From the NCBI GenBank assembly GCA_963848695.1, contig CAWKEI010000010.1:4905-68904 (forward strand): a stretch of DNA of 64,000 nucleotides, given 5' to 3'. The position numbers and the translations under genes were made by a program. Below the pieces are notes generated by a model that searched no databases, was not told where the DNA came from, and was given only the letters and a program-made list of their open reading frames with translations. Positions 19,442 through 29,144 of the stretch are shown piece after piece. This DNA comes from an uncultured Acidobacteriota bacterium (GTDB lineage Bacteria; Actinomycetota; Acidimicrobiia; Spongiisociales; ZC4RG35). Within the stretch, counting starts at the first letter, position 1. Every line of letters begins with the position of its first letter.

Positions 19442-21058
19442 ATGGAATTGTTCGAAACGTGGGCCCTCACCCTCATCGTGTTCTTGCCGCTGGCCGGTGT
19501 GCTCCTGATCGGCATCATCCCGAAGACGAACGAGATGGCCCTGAAAGGCACGGCACTGCTGGTCAGCGTGGCCGCGTTTCTTCTCTCCCTGGCGGTGATC
19601 TCACAATTCGATTTCTCGGGGGTCCCCTACAACACCTACCAGTTCGAAGTCAACGAAACCTGGATCGGGGCGATCAACGCCAACTATCACCTCGGTGTCG
19701 ACGGGATCAGCCTTCCCCTCCTCGTCCTCTCCACATTCGTGATGGTGCTGTCGGTCATCTACAGCTGGAACCACTGGGAGGAGCCGCACAACCCCAAGGC
19801 CTTCCTGATCCTCATGCTGATCCTCGCCACCGGGCTCAACGGCACCTTCCTCGCCCTCGATCTGGTCCTCTTCTTCATTTTCTTCGAAGTGGTGCTGCTC
19901 CCGATGTACTTCATGATCGGGATCTGGGGCGATCGCAGCCCGCGGGCGATCCCCGGTTACGGGCGTGAGGTGCAGACCCGTCTCTACGCCGCGATCAAGT
20001 TCTTCCTCTTCACACTGTTCGGTTCCGCCTTCATGCTGCTGGGGTTCCTCGCCCTCTATTTCGAGTCGGGCAACTCGGGCGGCGAGCGCACCTTCGACAT
20101 CACGCAACTGACCGAGCTCGGGGCCTCCGGCGCCTTCACCGGGAGATTCGCCTTCCTGGTCTTTTTCGCCATGTTCCTCGGGTTCGCGGTGAAGGTCCCG
20201 ATGTGGCCACTCCACACCTGGCTGCCCGACGCCCATACCGCTGCACCGACGGTGGGGTCGGTCCTCCTCGCCGCCATCATGCTGAAGCTCGGGTCATACG
20301 GATTCATCAGGATCTCCCTGCCCATCCTCCCCGAGGAGGCGGCCAGTTGGGCCCCCGCCATAGCCATCCTGGCCGTGATCGGCATCATCTATGGGTCGCT
20401 GGCCTGTCTCGCTCAGACCGACATGAAGCGGCTGATCGCGTTCTCCTCGGTCGGTCACATGGGCTTTGTGATGCTCGGGATCGCGACGATGACCGATGTC
20501 GGCATCAACGCCGCCATCATCGGGATGGTGGCCCATGGGCTCATCACCGGACTGCTCTTCTTCCTGGCCGGCTCGATGTCACATCGGTACCACACGAGAG
20601 AGATGTCCCGTCTCGGCGGCAACATGAAGCTGATGCCGGTCATGGGTGGGATCCTGGCCTTCACCGCCATGGCTTCCCTCGGGCTCCCCGGGTTGGCCGG
20701 CTTCTGGGGTGAGTTCATGTCGCTGATCGGCGCCTACAACCCCTTGGCGGGGCTGTCGTTGGGTGTTTTCCGCACCGCGATGGTGATCGGCGCGATCGGG
20801 ACGGTGCTGACGGCCGCGTACATGCTCTACCTGCTCCAGCAGGTCAACCTCGGTGAGCCGGGGGAGGAGTGGCAGGGACACAAGTTCCACGACGTCGACC
20901 GTTTCGAGATGACGGCGTGGGTCCCACTCATCGTCCTGATCGTGGTGATCGGTTTCTATCCCAAGGTCATCTTCAACGCCACCACGGATTCCGTCGTGTC
21001 GCTCGTGGACATGGTGTTCGGTTCCGACACCGTGGCATCCGTTGGGCGGGGAGGCTGA
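19442..21058 (+). CDS. nuoM: NADH-quinone oxidoreductase subunit M
   Basis: 538-aa antiporter-like subunit with conserved WLPDAHTAAPTVGSVLLAAIMLKLG segment. Confidence 0.9.
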   Translation: MELFETWALTLIVFLPLAGVLLIGIIPKTNEMALKGTALLVSVAAFLLSLAVISQFDFSGVPYNTYQFEVNETWIGAINANYHLGVDGISLPLLVLSTFVMVLSVIYSWNHWEEPHNPKAFLILMLILATGLNGTFLALDLVLFFIFFEVVLLPMYFMIGIWGDRSPRAIPGYGREVQTRLYAAIKFFLFTLFGSAFMLLGFLALYFESGNSGGERTFDITQLTELGASGAFTGRFAFLVFFAMFLGFAVKVPMWPLHTWLPDAHTAAPTVGSVLLAAIMLKLGSYGFIRISLPILPEEAASWAPAIAILAVIGIIYGSLACLAQTDMKRLIAFSSVGHMGFVMLGIATMTDVGINAAIIGMVAHGLITGLLFFLAGSMSHRYHTREMSRLGGNMKLMPVMGGILAFTAMASLGLPGLAGFWGEFMSLIGAYNPLAGLSLGVFRTAMVIGAIGTVLTAAYMLYLLQQVNLGEPGEEWQGHKFHDVDRFEMTAWVPLIVLIVVIGFYPKVIFNATTDSVVSLVDMVFGSDTVASVGRGG

Positions 21059-21061
21059 TCC

Positions 21062-22546
21062 TTGCCGTTCGAGATCGACTATCTGGCGCTCGCTCCGGAG
21101 CTGGTGGTGGTGGCCACCATGCTCGGTGTATTCGCCCTCGATCTCGTCCTTCCCCGGTCCAAGAAGTTCTGGACGGCGACCCTGGCAGTTGCGGGCACCG
21201 CTCTGGCCGCTGTCCCGCTGGTGATCCTGGCCGCCGAAGGGACGGTCAGGTCGATGTTCGACGGCTCCTATGTCGTCGACGAATTCGCAGTGATCCTCAA
21301 AGGCGTCTTCATCGTCTCGGCGTACATCGTGCTCCTTATGTCGCACCACTACATCGAGTCCGATCGCTACTACCAGGGCGAGTACTACTTCCTGCTGCTG
21401 GCGTCGGTGCTCGGCTCGCTGGTGATGGCATCGTCTCGCGACCTCATCATCCTGTTCATCGGCCTCGAGCTCACCACCGGCCCGCTCTATCTGCTCGCTG
21501 GTTGGAGGAAGGGCGACGCCAAGTCCAACGAAGCCTCGATGAAGTACTTCATCCTCGGGGTTCTCTCCACCGCGATCCTGCTCTACGGCATGTCGCTGCT
21601 GTACGGGCTCACCGGTGAGGTCACTTTCGCCGGTCTCGCCGAAGCGACCGCCGGCCTCGCCGACGAGCCGATCATGGTGGTGGCCCTCTTCGGGCTGATC
21701 GTCGGGTTCGGATTCAAGATCTCGGCGGTTCCGTTCCACTTCTGGGCACCCGACACGTATGAGGGCGCTCCCACCCCGGTGGCCGCCTATCTATCGGTCA
21801 ACTCGAAGGCAGCCGGCTTCGTCGCCTTCCTCCTGATCATGTACCAGGCATTGCCCGACATCTCCGAGGTGTGGGCGCCGGCCTTGTGGATCCTGGCGGT
21901 GGCCTCGATGACGGTCGGCAATCTGGCGGCTCTGCGCCAGACCAACATCGTCAGGCTGCTCGCCTATTCGTCCATCGCCCAGGCCGGGTTCATGCTGGTC
22001 CCCTTCGCCTCGGCCGCCGTGGCCGGCGCCGACCTGGCCGAGGCGTTTTCGGCGACCCTGGTCTACCTGGTGATCTATGCCGTGATGAACCTGGGGGCAT
22101 TCGCCGTGGTCATCGCCGGGGCGAGGAAGACCCGATCCGGAGAGATAGCGGATTGGGCGGGCCTCGCCCAGGTCGACGTCAGGCTGGGTGTCCTCGTGGC
22201 GGTGTTCTTCTTCAGTCTCGCCGGCATCCCGCCCCTGGCGGGCTGGTTCGCCAAGTTCGCCATGTTCCGCTCGGTGATCATCGCCGGCGGTACCGCCACA
22301 GTGGTCCTCGCCGCCATTGCCGCGGTGAACTCGGTGATCGCGTTCTACTACTACGCCCGGGTGGTGAAGTCGGTCTGGCTCGACGACCCGATCCGCGAAT
22401 TCGCTCCTGAGGCCGAGGCGGCGCCGGCCGGCTCGCTCCGGCTGGCCCTGCTGGTGTCTCTGACGATCACGGTCCTGGTCGGGTTCTTCCCGGCGATCGC
22501 CACTTTCATCGGAGAAGCCAGCCGGGTCATCGCCAGCGGCGGCTGA
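21062..22546 (+). CDS. nuoN: NADH-quinone oxidoreductase subunit N
   Basis: 494-aa antiporter-like subunit with FHFWAPDTYEGAPTPVAAYLSV motif. Last gene of the operon. Confidence 0.9.
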   Translation: MPFEIDYLALAPELVVVATMLGVFALDLVLPRSKKFWTATLAVAGTALAAVPLVILAAEGTVRSMFDGSYVVDEFAVILKGVFIVSAYIVLLMSHHYIESDRYYQGEYYFLLLASVLGSLVMASSRDLIILFIGLELTTGPLYLLAGWRKGDAKSNEASMKYFILGVLSTAILLYGMSLLYGLTGEVTFAGLAEATAGLADEPIMVVALFGLIVGFGFKISAVPFHFWAPDTYEGAPTPVAAYLSVNSKAAGFVAFLLIMYQALPDISEVWAPALWILAVASMTVGNLAALRQTNIVRLLAYSSIAQAGFMLVPFASAAVAGADLAEAFSATLVYLVIYAVMNLGAFAVVIAGARKTRSGEIADWAGLAQVDVRLGVLVAVFFFSLAGIPPLAGWFAKFAMFRSVIIAGGTATVVLAAIAAVNSVIAFYYYARVVKSVWLDDPIREFAPEAEAAPAGSLRLALLVSLTITVLVGFFPAIATFIGEASRVIASGG

Positions 22547-22556
22547 GACTTCAGGC

Positions 22557-23183
22557 CTACCCGGGTCCCTCGGGGTCGGGGACGGTCTGCTGAACCAGGG
22601 GGCCCGCCGGGCGGTACTTCGACACGGTCACTCCAGCATCGGTCGCCTCGGTGCTGACCAGGGTCATGGTGGCCGGCTGGGTTCCCTCCCCGAAGAGCCG
22701 CTTTCCGTCACCGACCACGACGGGGAAGACAAAGACATTGAACTCGTCCACCAGCCCGCGGGCGAGGAGGGTCTGGATCAACCCGTGGCTGCCGTGCACC
22801 TGGAGCTCGCCTCCCGGCCGGCTCTTCAGCTGGACGATGGCACCAGCCACGTCACCGGTGATCGGGTGGCTGTTCGCCCAGGCGAGATCGTCCGGACGAC
22901 TGGTGACCACATGCTTGGGCAGCCCGTTCAAGGCCGCCGCTACCACGTCATCGGCGGCGGTGACCTGGGACCAATAGGGAAACATCAGGTCGTAGGTGGT
23001 GCGCCCGAGCAGGATCGCCTCAGCCCGTTCGAAGACCTCGGTGATGTGGCGCCCGAAGTCGTCGTCGGCGAAGGGCATCACCCACCCGCCCAATGCGAAC
23101 CCGTGGCTCGGGTCCTCGCCGACCCCGCCGGGGCCTTGCATCACGCCATCGACTGTGACGAAGGTGGTGACCGTCAGTTTCAT
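22557..23183 (-). CDS. dihydrofolate-reductase-like protein (RibD C-terminal domain family)
   Basis: MKLTVTTFVTVDGVMQGPGG...LLGRTTYD...RLFGEG. Start moved to the internal ATG at ~23183; the 122-codon upstream extension in the track ORF is Arg/Pro-rich with no homology. Confidence 0.7.
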   Translation of the reverse strand: MKLTVTTFVTVDGVMQGPGGVGEDPSHGFALGGWVMPFADDDFGRHITEVFERAEAILLGRTTYDLMFPYWSQVTAADDVVAAALNGLPKHVVTSRPDDLAWANSHPITGDVAGAIVQLKSRPGGELQVHGSHGLIQTLLARGLVDEFNVFVFPVVVGDGKRLFGEGTQPATMTLVSTEATDAGVTVSKYRPAGPLVQQTVPDPEGPG

Positions 23184-23280
23184 GGTTGCTCCCTTCCGAG
23201 CCTCGTTCGGTATCACTACGAACCGAACACGCCCAGATCGACAGCCCTGATACGGCTTTCTCCCCGGTACCGTTGGGCTG

Positions 23281-23760
23281 GTGAAGTTCATTCTCGGGTT
23301 TTCGCTCATCGCCCTCGCCGAGATGGCGACATTCGTCTGGGTGGGTTCCCAGATCGGGTTTGGTTGGGCCCTCGGTCTCGCCTTGATCACTGCGTTGCTG
23401 GGTGGCTTTCTGGTCCAGCGCGCCGGTGTGTCGACCTTCGGCCGGATCCGGAGCGAGTTGAGGCAGGGACGGCTCCCCGGTCGGGGGCTCACCGACGCTG
23501 CCGCGATCCTCGTCTCGGGAGCCTTCCTCATCTCCCCTGGCTTCATCACCGATACTCTGGGATTTCTCCTGCTGGTTCCGGCGGTGCGGGGCCTGGTTCA
23601 TCGGACGCTCTCCACCAGGCTCTCTCCCCGCGTCTCTGTCTTCATTCCCGGCAGCTGGCGGGTGCGTCGGGATCAACCCGACGGTGAGGTGATCGACGTG
23701 ATCGACGTGGAGGGAATCGAGCAACTCGACGCGTCGACTGACCGGACGACCAGCCACTAA
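23281..23760 (+). CDS. fxsA: FxsA-family cytoplasmic membrane protein
   Basis: FLISPGFITDTLGFLLLVP motif characteristic of FxsA, N-terminal TM helices. Confidence 0.65.
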   Translation: MKFILGFSLIALAEMATFVWVGSQIGFGWALGLALITALLGGFLVQRAGVSTFGRIRSELRQGRLPGRGLTDAAAILVSGAFLISPGFITDTLGFLLLVPAVRGLVHRTLSTRLSPRVSVFIPGSWRVRRDQPDGEVIDVIDVEGIEQLDASTDRTTSH

Positions 23761-23765
23761 CGGCA

Positions 23766-24824
23766 TCAATCCCGGGGGTCGGGCAGACGCAGTTCCTCCG
23801 CGATCCTTTGCGTCGCCGGCCATGCTCCCTGATCCTGGTTGCAGAGGACGACCACGGCGACTCCCTCGGCCACGTAATTCGACACCATGGTCGAAACCCC
23901 TGGGTCGGCGCCGCTGTGGCCGTAGATGGTGATCTCGCCCCCGGAAACGACCAGCTCCATCCCGTATCCGTACGCCTCGGGGCTGTCCTCTTCGACTCCG
24001 TGGGGGGTCAGCATCGATGCGACGGTCTCCTCCGCCAGGATCCTCCCCGAGCGGAGAGCATCGAGGAAACCGGCCAGGTTGGAGGCCGTGGTGATCATCC
24101 CACCATCGGGCATCCCGCCGGCAGGGACGCTGTAGATGTTGGACCGCCAGCTTTCCGGGGGATTCTCGGATGTGATGTAGCCGGTGGCGAGGCGATCAGG
24201 GGCGAGATCGAGGTCGGCAAACATCGACCTCTCCATCCCGGCAGGCTCCAACACCTCGGCGGTCGCGACTTCGGCGAATGTTCGGCCCGTCACCCATTCG
24301 ATGAGGACCCCGACGAGGATGTAGTTGGAGTCGGAGTACCTGAACTCGCCGAGATCCCCCGCGGGCGGCAGATCGATGAAGAGGGGCAACACATCGGCAG
24401 GGCCTCTGGCGTGATAGACCGGGACTCGGTCCCACGCGCTGGTGAATGAAGCCCACGTCTCGTCTTCATCGTCGTGATAGTTGGCCAGCCCGGACGTGTG
24501 GCTGAGGAGATGATGCAGGGTGTGGCGGTCGTCGAGCCCGGCGGGCCTGAAATGGGGTGGGAGAAACCCGGTCAGTGGCTTCTCCAGGCTGAGGCTTCCC
24601 TTCTCCACCAGGCGGAGTGCAGTGGCCGCGGTGATCATCTTGGTGACAGAGGCGATTTGGAAGCGGGTATCGGCCTCGTTGCGGAGCTGGTGTCCCCGAT
24701 CCGCCCAGCCGCCGGCATAGACGAAGGCCGGGGCGCCATCGGCCCAAACCAGAGCCACCCCACTGAAGTCGGCAGATTCGACCCGCGGATCGAACCAGGG
24801 GCGAAGACCTTCGAGGTCCTTCAT
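23766..24824 (-). CDS. serine hydrolase, beta-lactamase/transpeptidase-like family
   Basis: S-x-x-K active-site motif IASVTKMITAATAL, 352 aa. Confidence 0.75.
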   Translation of the reverse strand: MKDLEGLRPWFDPRVESADFSGVALVWADGAPAFVYAGGWADRGHQLRNEADTRFQIASVTKMITAATALRLVEKGSLSLEKPLTGFLPPHFRPAGLDDRHTLHHLLSHTSGLANYHDDEDETWASFTSAWDRVPVYHARGPADVLPLFIDLPPAGDLGEFRYSDSNYILVGVLIEWVTGRTFAEVATAEVLEPAGMERSMFADLDLAPDRLATGYITSENPPESWRSNIYSVPAGGMPDGGMITTASNLAGFLDALRSGRILAEETVASMLTPHGVEEDSPEAYGYGMELVVSGGEITIYGHSGADPGVSTMVSNYVAEGVAVVVLCNQDQGAWPATQRIAEELRLPDPRD

Positions 24825-25405
24825 CGGCTACCGCGCACCTCGCCACGGCGTATGGCCCTGAACTCGCGATCGAGGAGCGACCAGAGGGAGTGGTCGACCC
24901 AATTGCCCCGGATGAGGAGTTCCTCGCGAAGCACTCCCTCGCGGGTGAACCCGAGCTTCTCGGCCACCCGATCCGATGCGTGGTTGCCAATCGCGATCCT
25001 GAGTGTCACCTTGTGATAGCCGAGGGAGTTGAATGCCTCCTCCAGGAGGCGATCGACGGCCTCCGTGCAGATGCCCTTCGAGTGCTCGTCGGTGCGGACC
25101 CAGTATCCGAACTCCGCGATCTTTCCGAGTTTGGAGACGGTCCACAGCGACACGCTCCCGACATGGCGCTCCGGGTCTTCTTTGAACCGGACCGAGTAAT
25201 CCCAGGCCCGATCCTCCTTCCACGCTTGTATCGACTCTCGGATGAAGGCGGTGGTGTCACCGTGCTCGTAGTCGAGGCGTGCCCAGGGAAGCCATTGGTT
25301 GAGCTCGGGCAACGATGCTCGCGCCGCATCGTCGTACGTCGTGTGATCACGGCGACTGAATTTCTGCAGCCGGAGACGTTCTGTCTCGAGCAGTGGCTTC
25401 GGCAC
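24821..25405 (-). CDS. GNAT family N-acetyltransferase (RimJ/RimL-like)
   Basis: 194 aa with the typical N-terminal ETERLRLQKFSRRDHTTYDDAARA-type segment and GNAT core. Confidence 0.72.
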   Translation of the reverse strand: MPKPLLETERLRLQKFSRRDHTTYDDAARASLPELNQWLPWARLDYEHGDTTAFIRESIQAWKEDRAWDYSVRFKEDPERHVGSVSLWTVSKLGKIAEFGYWVRTDEHSKGICTEAVDRLLEEAFNSLGYHKVTLRIAIGNHASDRVAEKLGFTREGVLREELLIRGNWVDHSLWSLLDREFRAIRRGEVRGSR

Positions 25406-25441
25406 CGGTTCAGGTTATCGGCGGGCTTAACCTGAAGGTCG

Positions 25442-25984
25442 ATGTGGGATCGGCTTCATTTGGTTCAGGACATCGAGCTGAGCGAGGGCGTTCACCTCGC
25501 CGCGGTCCTCGCCCCGCTGTACGAGGATGATGCCGGCGAGGTCAGGGTCGTGCTCACCAAGAGGCCAGAGACGATGCCCACTCACGCCGGGCACATCTCG
25601 TTCCCTGGCGGAAGGGCTCATCCAGATGACGCCGGACCCGTCGAGACCGCGCTCCGGGAGGCTCACGAGGAGGTGGGCATCGAGCCGGAGCGGGTGGAAG
25701 TGCTTGGCTTCCTACCCCCGATAGACACTGTCGAGTTCAAGCCGTGGGTGATCCCGGTGGTGGGACGAGTCGCCGTCCCGCTCAACCTGGTTCCAAGCGC
25801 CCGGGAAGTCGCCAGAATCCACACCCCACTCTTGAAGGATCTCGCCGACGCGGAGCGTTGGTGGCACGTCCCATGGAATGGCCGCCAGGTCTGGTACTAC
25901 GACCTCGAGGGCGACACCCTCTGGGGAGCCACAGCTCACATGGTGCGCTCGCTCCTCGGACTGCCGGAGTTCGTCAACAGCTAG
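25442..25984 (+). CDS. NUDIX hydrolase, CoA pyrophosphatase (NudL-like)
   Basis: Nudix box GPVETALREAHEEVGIE preceded by the HAGHISFPGG NudL-type motif. Confidence 0.7.
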   Translation: MWDRLHLVQDIELSEGVHLAAVLAPLYEDDAGEVRVVLTKRPETMPTHAGHISFPGGRAHPDDAGPVETALREAHEEVGIEPERVEVLGFLPPIDTVEFKPWVIPVVGRVAVPLNLVPSAREVARIHTPLLKDLADAERWWHVPWNGRQVWYYDLEGDTLWGATAHMVRSLLGLPEFVNS

Positions 25985-26045
25985 GTTTCCTTTCCACAGA
26001 TTCGTCGCCTCGTCAGTGTCTTAGAATGGGCGACTCCGGGTATCT

Positions 26046-27107
26046 GTGAGCCAACCTGTGAAAAAGCGTCTGATCATCATCGGTGCGGTTGTCGCCGTAC
26101 TGCTCCTCGGGACAGGAGCATTCTTTGCCATGTCCACCTGGGGAGATGTCAATCGGGTCAGCCTCGACCAAGAGCGGCCTCAGATCCAGGTTCCAGAGGA
26201 GGACGCGTCCGTCGACGAGTCGGATGCCGAAACCGACCTTCTGGGCTCCGCTCCGGCAGGCACCGAGGTGTACCTCCTGGTCGGCTCGGACTCGAGAGAT
26301 CATCTCGAGAGCGTCGAGGGTTTTGGCGACTTCGCCGGGCAGAGGGCCGACGTCGTGATGGTGCTGATTCGCCCCGCCGACGGGTCGAGAGCCGCCCTCC
26401 TGTCCCTTCCTCGAGATCTCCTCGTCGACAATGTCTGCCAACAGGGAGGCGAGCATCGTCTCAACGATGCCCTCCAGGGATGCTCGGCGGTCAACGGGGC
26501 CACGGCCCTGGCCATGACCGTGGAGTCGGTCATTGGCCAAAACGTGGATCATTTCGCATTGGTCGACCTGGCTGGTTTCCAGGAGGCTGTCGATGCGGTA
26601 GGCGGATACGAGATATGTGTCGAACGGGCGGTCCGCGATCAGAGGTCGCTGCTCGAGTTGCCGGCCGGGTGCACACTCGCCACCGGGGCCGAGACATTGG
26701 CTTGGTTGCGCTCGCGGAGCACCGAGGAGCTGACCGCCGAAGGATGGCGGGTCATGCCCGGTGTCAATGATCTGACCAGGAACCAGCGTCAGAGGGAATT
26801 CCTTCTCACCATGATGGGCCAGCTGTCCGATTTCGGTAGCCCCACCGCCATCGCCGATGCGGCGTCGACGATCGCGCCCTTCATCACTGTCGACTCCGAG
26901 CTGTCCTTCCTGGATGCGGTAGATCTGGCTTGGACGATGCGTGGGCTGAGCCGAGGCCACATCGACGAGCTGGAGATACCGGTCTCAGACGCGACCACGG
27001 CGTCTGGCGCAGCCGTACTCGTTGCTGGTGTGGACATCGCCGACCTGGTCGACGACTACCTCGCCCCGGAGATCGCCGAGGACGACTCCGGCGCTTTCGC
27101 TGGTTGA
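26046..27107 (+). CDS. LytR-CpsA-Psr (LCP) family cell-envelope phosphotransferase
   Basis: N-terminal TM anchor, YLLVGSDSRD and ADVVMVLIRP...LLSLPRDLLV LCP core motifs. Confidence 0.8.
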   Translation: MSQPVKKRLIIIGAVVAVLLLGTGAFFAMSTWGDVNRVSLDQERPQIQVPEEDASVDESDAETDLLGSAPAGTEVYLLVGSDSRDHLESVEGFGDFAGQRADVVMVLIRPADGSRAALLSLPRDLLVDNVCQQGGEHRLNDALQGCSAVNGATALAMTVESVIGQNVDHFALVDLAGFQEAVDAVGGYEICVERAVRDQRSLLELPAGCTLATGAETLAWLRSRSTEELTAEGWRVMPGVNDLTRNQRQREFLLTMMGQLSDFGSPTAIADAASTIAPFITVDSELSFLDAVDLAWTMRGLSRGHIDELEIPVSDATTASGAAVLVAGVDIADLVDDYLAPEIAEDDSGAFAG

Positions 27108-28099
27108 GGCTCCCGCCCGGTCAGATCGAGACCAAGCGATTCCCCATCGTCGGCGAGCGAACGCCATCGGCCGAGCTGGCCGACCCAGGGTGGTGGCGGC
27201 TCGACCTGACCGGGTCCGTCCACAGCCCGATCACCCTCGATCTCGATGCCTTCCTCGCCCGCGCGGTCCAGGAGCTCGTGTTCGACATCCATTGCGTCAC
27301 GAGCTGGTCTCGCTTCGGCTCCACCTGGACCGGGCTCCCGTTGGGAATCCTCCTCGACGAAGCCGGGCTCCTCGAGCAGGCTCGTTTCGTCTCCTTCGAG
27401 GCCTACTCGGAGCGCGGCCACCACACGTCGCTTCCACTCGATGTGGCGCGGGATGACAGCTGGCTGGTGCATTCGTTCGAAGGGAAACCACTCGAGGTCG
27501 GCCACGGTGGGCCGGTAAGGGTCGTCACCCCCAGCCGTTACTTCTACAAGTCGATCAAGTGGGTGCGGCGCATCGTGGTTCTCGAGGAAGACCGGCTCGG
27601 GTGGTGGGAGGAGGGCTCCTATTACCACAACAACGCCGATCCTTGGGCGGGCGACGAACGATTCACCACCGGCTCGATCCGCCCCGACCAATTGGACCGG
27701 TTCGTCCATGCCCGGTCTTACGACAAATACCGGAGCCGGGTGATGATGGGGCTCGATCTGCGAGGTTGGGTGCCCGCCAAAATGGACCTGCGACGTCTCT
27801 ATCTGAAGAACTGCGACATCCGCGGCGTCGATCTGGCCGGGGCGGATCTGCGTGAGTCGAATCTCTCCCTCAGCGACCTGCGGGGGGCTGATTTGCGGGG
27901 CGCCGATCTCTCCGGTTCCGATCTCGAAGGAGTCAATTTCTCCGGAGCCAACCTGGCCGGGTCCGATCTGAGCGCGACGGCTCTCTCCGCTACTCGTTTC
28001 GTCGACGAAACAGGTGGCGCCATCCTCGAGGGCGCCAGGTTCGACGGCTCGTATGGGCTGGTCGAAGCCCAAGAGGAGTACGTCGCCAGTCGCGCCTAG
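27104..28099 (+). CDS. sulfite-oxidase-like molybdopterin-binding oxidoreductase domain fused to a C-terminal pentapeptide-repeat domain
   Basis: The N-terminal ~200 aa carry the Mo-site motif HCVTSWSRFGSTWTGLPL (Cys ligand) and RVVTPSRYFYKSIKWVRRIVV. The C-terminal ~90 aa are tandem A(D/N)LxG pentapeptides (DLRGADLRGADLSGSDLEGVNFSGANLAGSDL). The start (TTG overlapping the LCP stop) is uncertain. Confidence 0.6.
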   Translation: MRLPPGQIETKRFPIVGERTPSAELADPGWWRLDLTGSVHSPITLDLDAFLARAVQELVFDIHCVTSWSRFGSTWTGLPLGILLDEAGLLEQARFVSFEAYSERGHHTSLPLDVARDDSWLVHSFEGKPLEVGHGGPVRVVTPSRYFYKSIKWVRRIVVLEEDRLGWWEEGSYYHNNADPWAGDERFTTGSIRPDQLDRFVHARSYDKYRSRVMMGLDLRGWVPAKMDLRRLYLKNCDIRGVDLAGADLRESNLSLSDLRGADLRGADLSGSDLEGVNFSGANLAGSDLSATALSATRFVDETGGAILEGARFDGSYGLVEAQEEYVASRA

Positions 28100-28154
28100 G
28101 CAGGGCGCCGGATGCCGCGTTGCGGACCGGATCGAGAGGGGCAAGAATCGTCAG

Positions 28155-29135
28155 ATGGGACCGAAACGTGTGTTCTCGGGCATTCAGCCCACCGGCGACT
28201 TCCATGTCGGCAGCTATGTGGGCGCCCTGAGGAACTGGGTGTCGCTGCAGGACGAGTACGACGAGACGATCTATTGCGTAGTCGACCTGCATGCCATGAC
28301 CATCCCCTATGACGCGGCGGACCTGAGAGCGGGCCGTCACGAATCCGCCAAGATGCTGCTCGCGGTGGGCGTCGATCCCGATCGATCGCTCCTCTACTAC
28401 CAGTCCGAGGTGCCCCAGCACGTCGAGCTGGCGTGGATTCTGGGGACGCTGGCCGGTCTCGGGCAGCTGGAACGGATGACCCAGTTCAAGGAAAAGTCAG
28501 ATCGTGCCCGCCAGAACCTGGGGATCTTCGCCTATCCGGTTCTGCAGGCGGCCGACATCCTGGTCCACAAGGCGCACGCGGTACCCGTCGGGGATGACCA
28601 GGCCCAGCATCTCGAGCTGACCAGAGACCTGGCCCAGCGCTTCAACACTCGGTTCGGCGAGGAGTTCCCTCTTCCCGAGACGATCACCCCTGAGATCGGC
28701 GCCCGCATCATGTCGCTGACGGATCCCACGGCGAAGATGTCGAAGTCGGATCCGAGCCCGCGCTCCCGAATCCTCCTCAAGGACTCACCCGAGGAGATCG
28801 CCAAGAAGGTCAAGGCGGCAGTAACGGACACAGGCACCGATGTCGCCTATGACTGGGAGTCGAAGCCGGGCGTCTCGAACCTCCTCGAGCTCTTCAGCGT
28901 GTTCGCCAAACGGCCCATCGCCGATCTGGTCGCTGAGTACTCCGGTGCCGGTTACGGCGTTTTCAAGGTGGCGGCCGCCGAGGCGATCGCCGACGGCCTG
29001 TCGCCGGTACGGGAGGCATATCAGGCTCTCGACGACAAAGACGTGGCCGACGTGATGGCTCGGGGGGCTGCTACCGCTCGAGACCGGGCAGAGACCGCGA
29101 TGAAGACGGTCCGGGAGAAGGTCGGGATCATTTAG
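28155..29135 (+). CDS. trpS: tryptophan--tRNA ligase
   Basis: HIGH-class motif GIQPTGDFHVGSYVGAL and KMSKSDP motif, ~326 aa from the internal ATG. Confidence 0.9.
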   Translation: MGPKRVFSGIQPTGDFHVGSYVGALRNWVSLQDEYDETIYCVVDLHAMTIPYDAADLRAGRHESAKMLLAVGVDPDRSLLYYQSEVPQHVELAWILGTLAGLGQLERMTQFKEKSDRARQNLGIFAYPVLQAADILVHKAHAVPVGDDQAQHLELTRDLAQRFNTRFGEEFPLPETITPEIGARIMSLTDPTAKMSKSDPSPRSRILLKDSPEEIAKKVKAAVTDTGTDVAYDWESKPGVSNLLELFSVFAKRPIADLVAEYSGAGYGVFKVAAAEAIADGLSPVREAYQALDDKDVADVMARGAATARDRAETAMKTVREKVGII

Positions 29136-29144
29136 TGGCACCCT

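Noticed and set aside
22557-23549. Full 330-aa version of the DHFR-like ORF
   Set aside because: The first 122 codons are Arg/Pro-rich, overlap the divergent fxsA upstream region and have no homology. The true start was placed at the internal ATG (~23183), where the RibD_C-type domain begins.
27056-28144. 362-aa minus-strand ORF overlapping the Mo-domain/pentapeptide gene
   Set aside because: The plus-strand frame carries recognisable SUOX-fold and pentapeptide motifs. The minus frame is Pro/Gly/Arg-rich with no motif.
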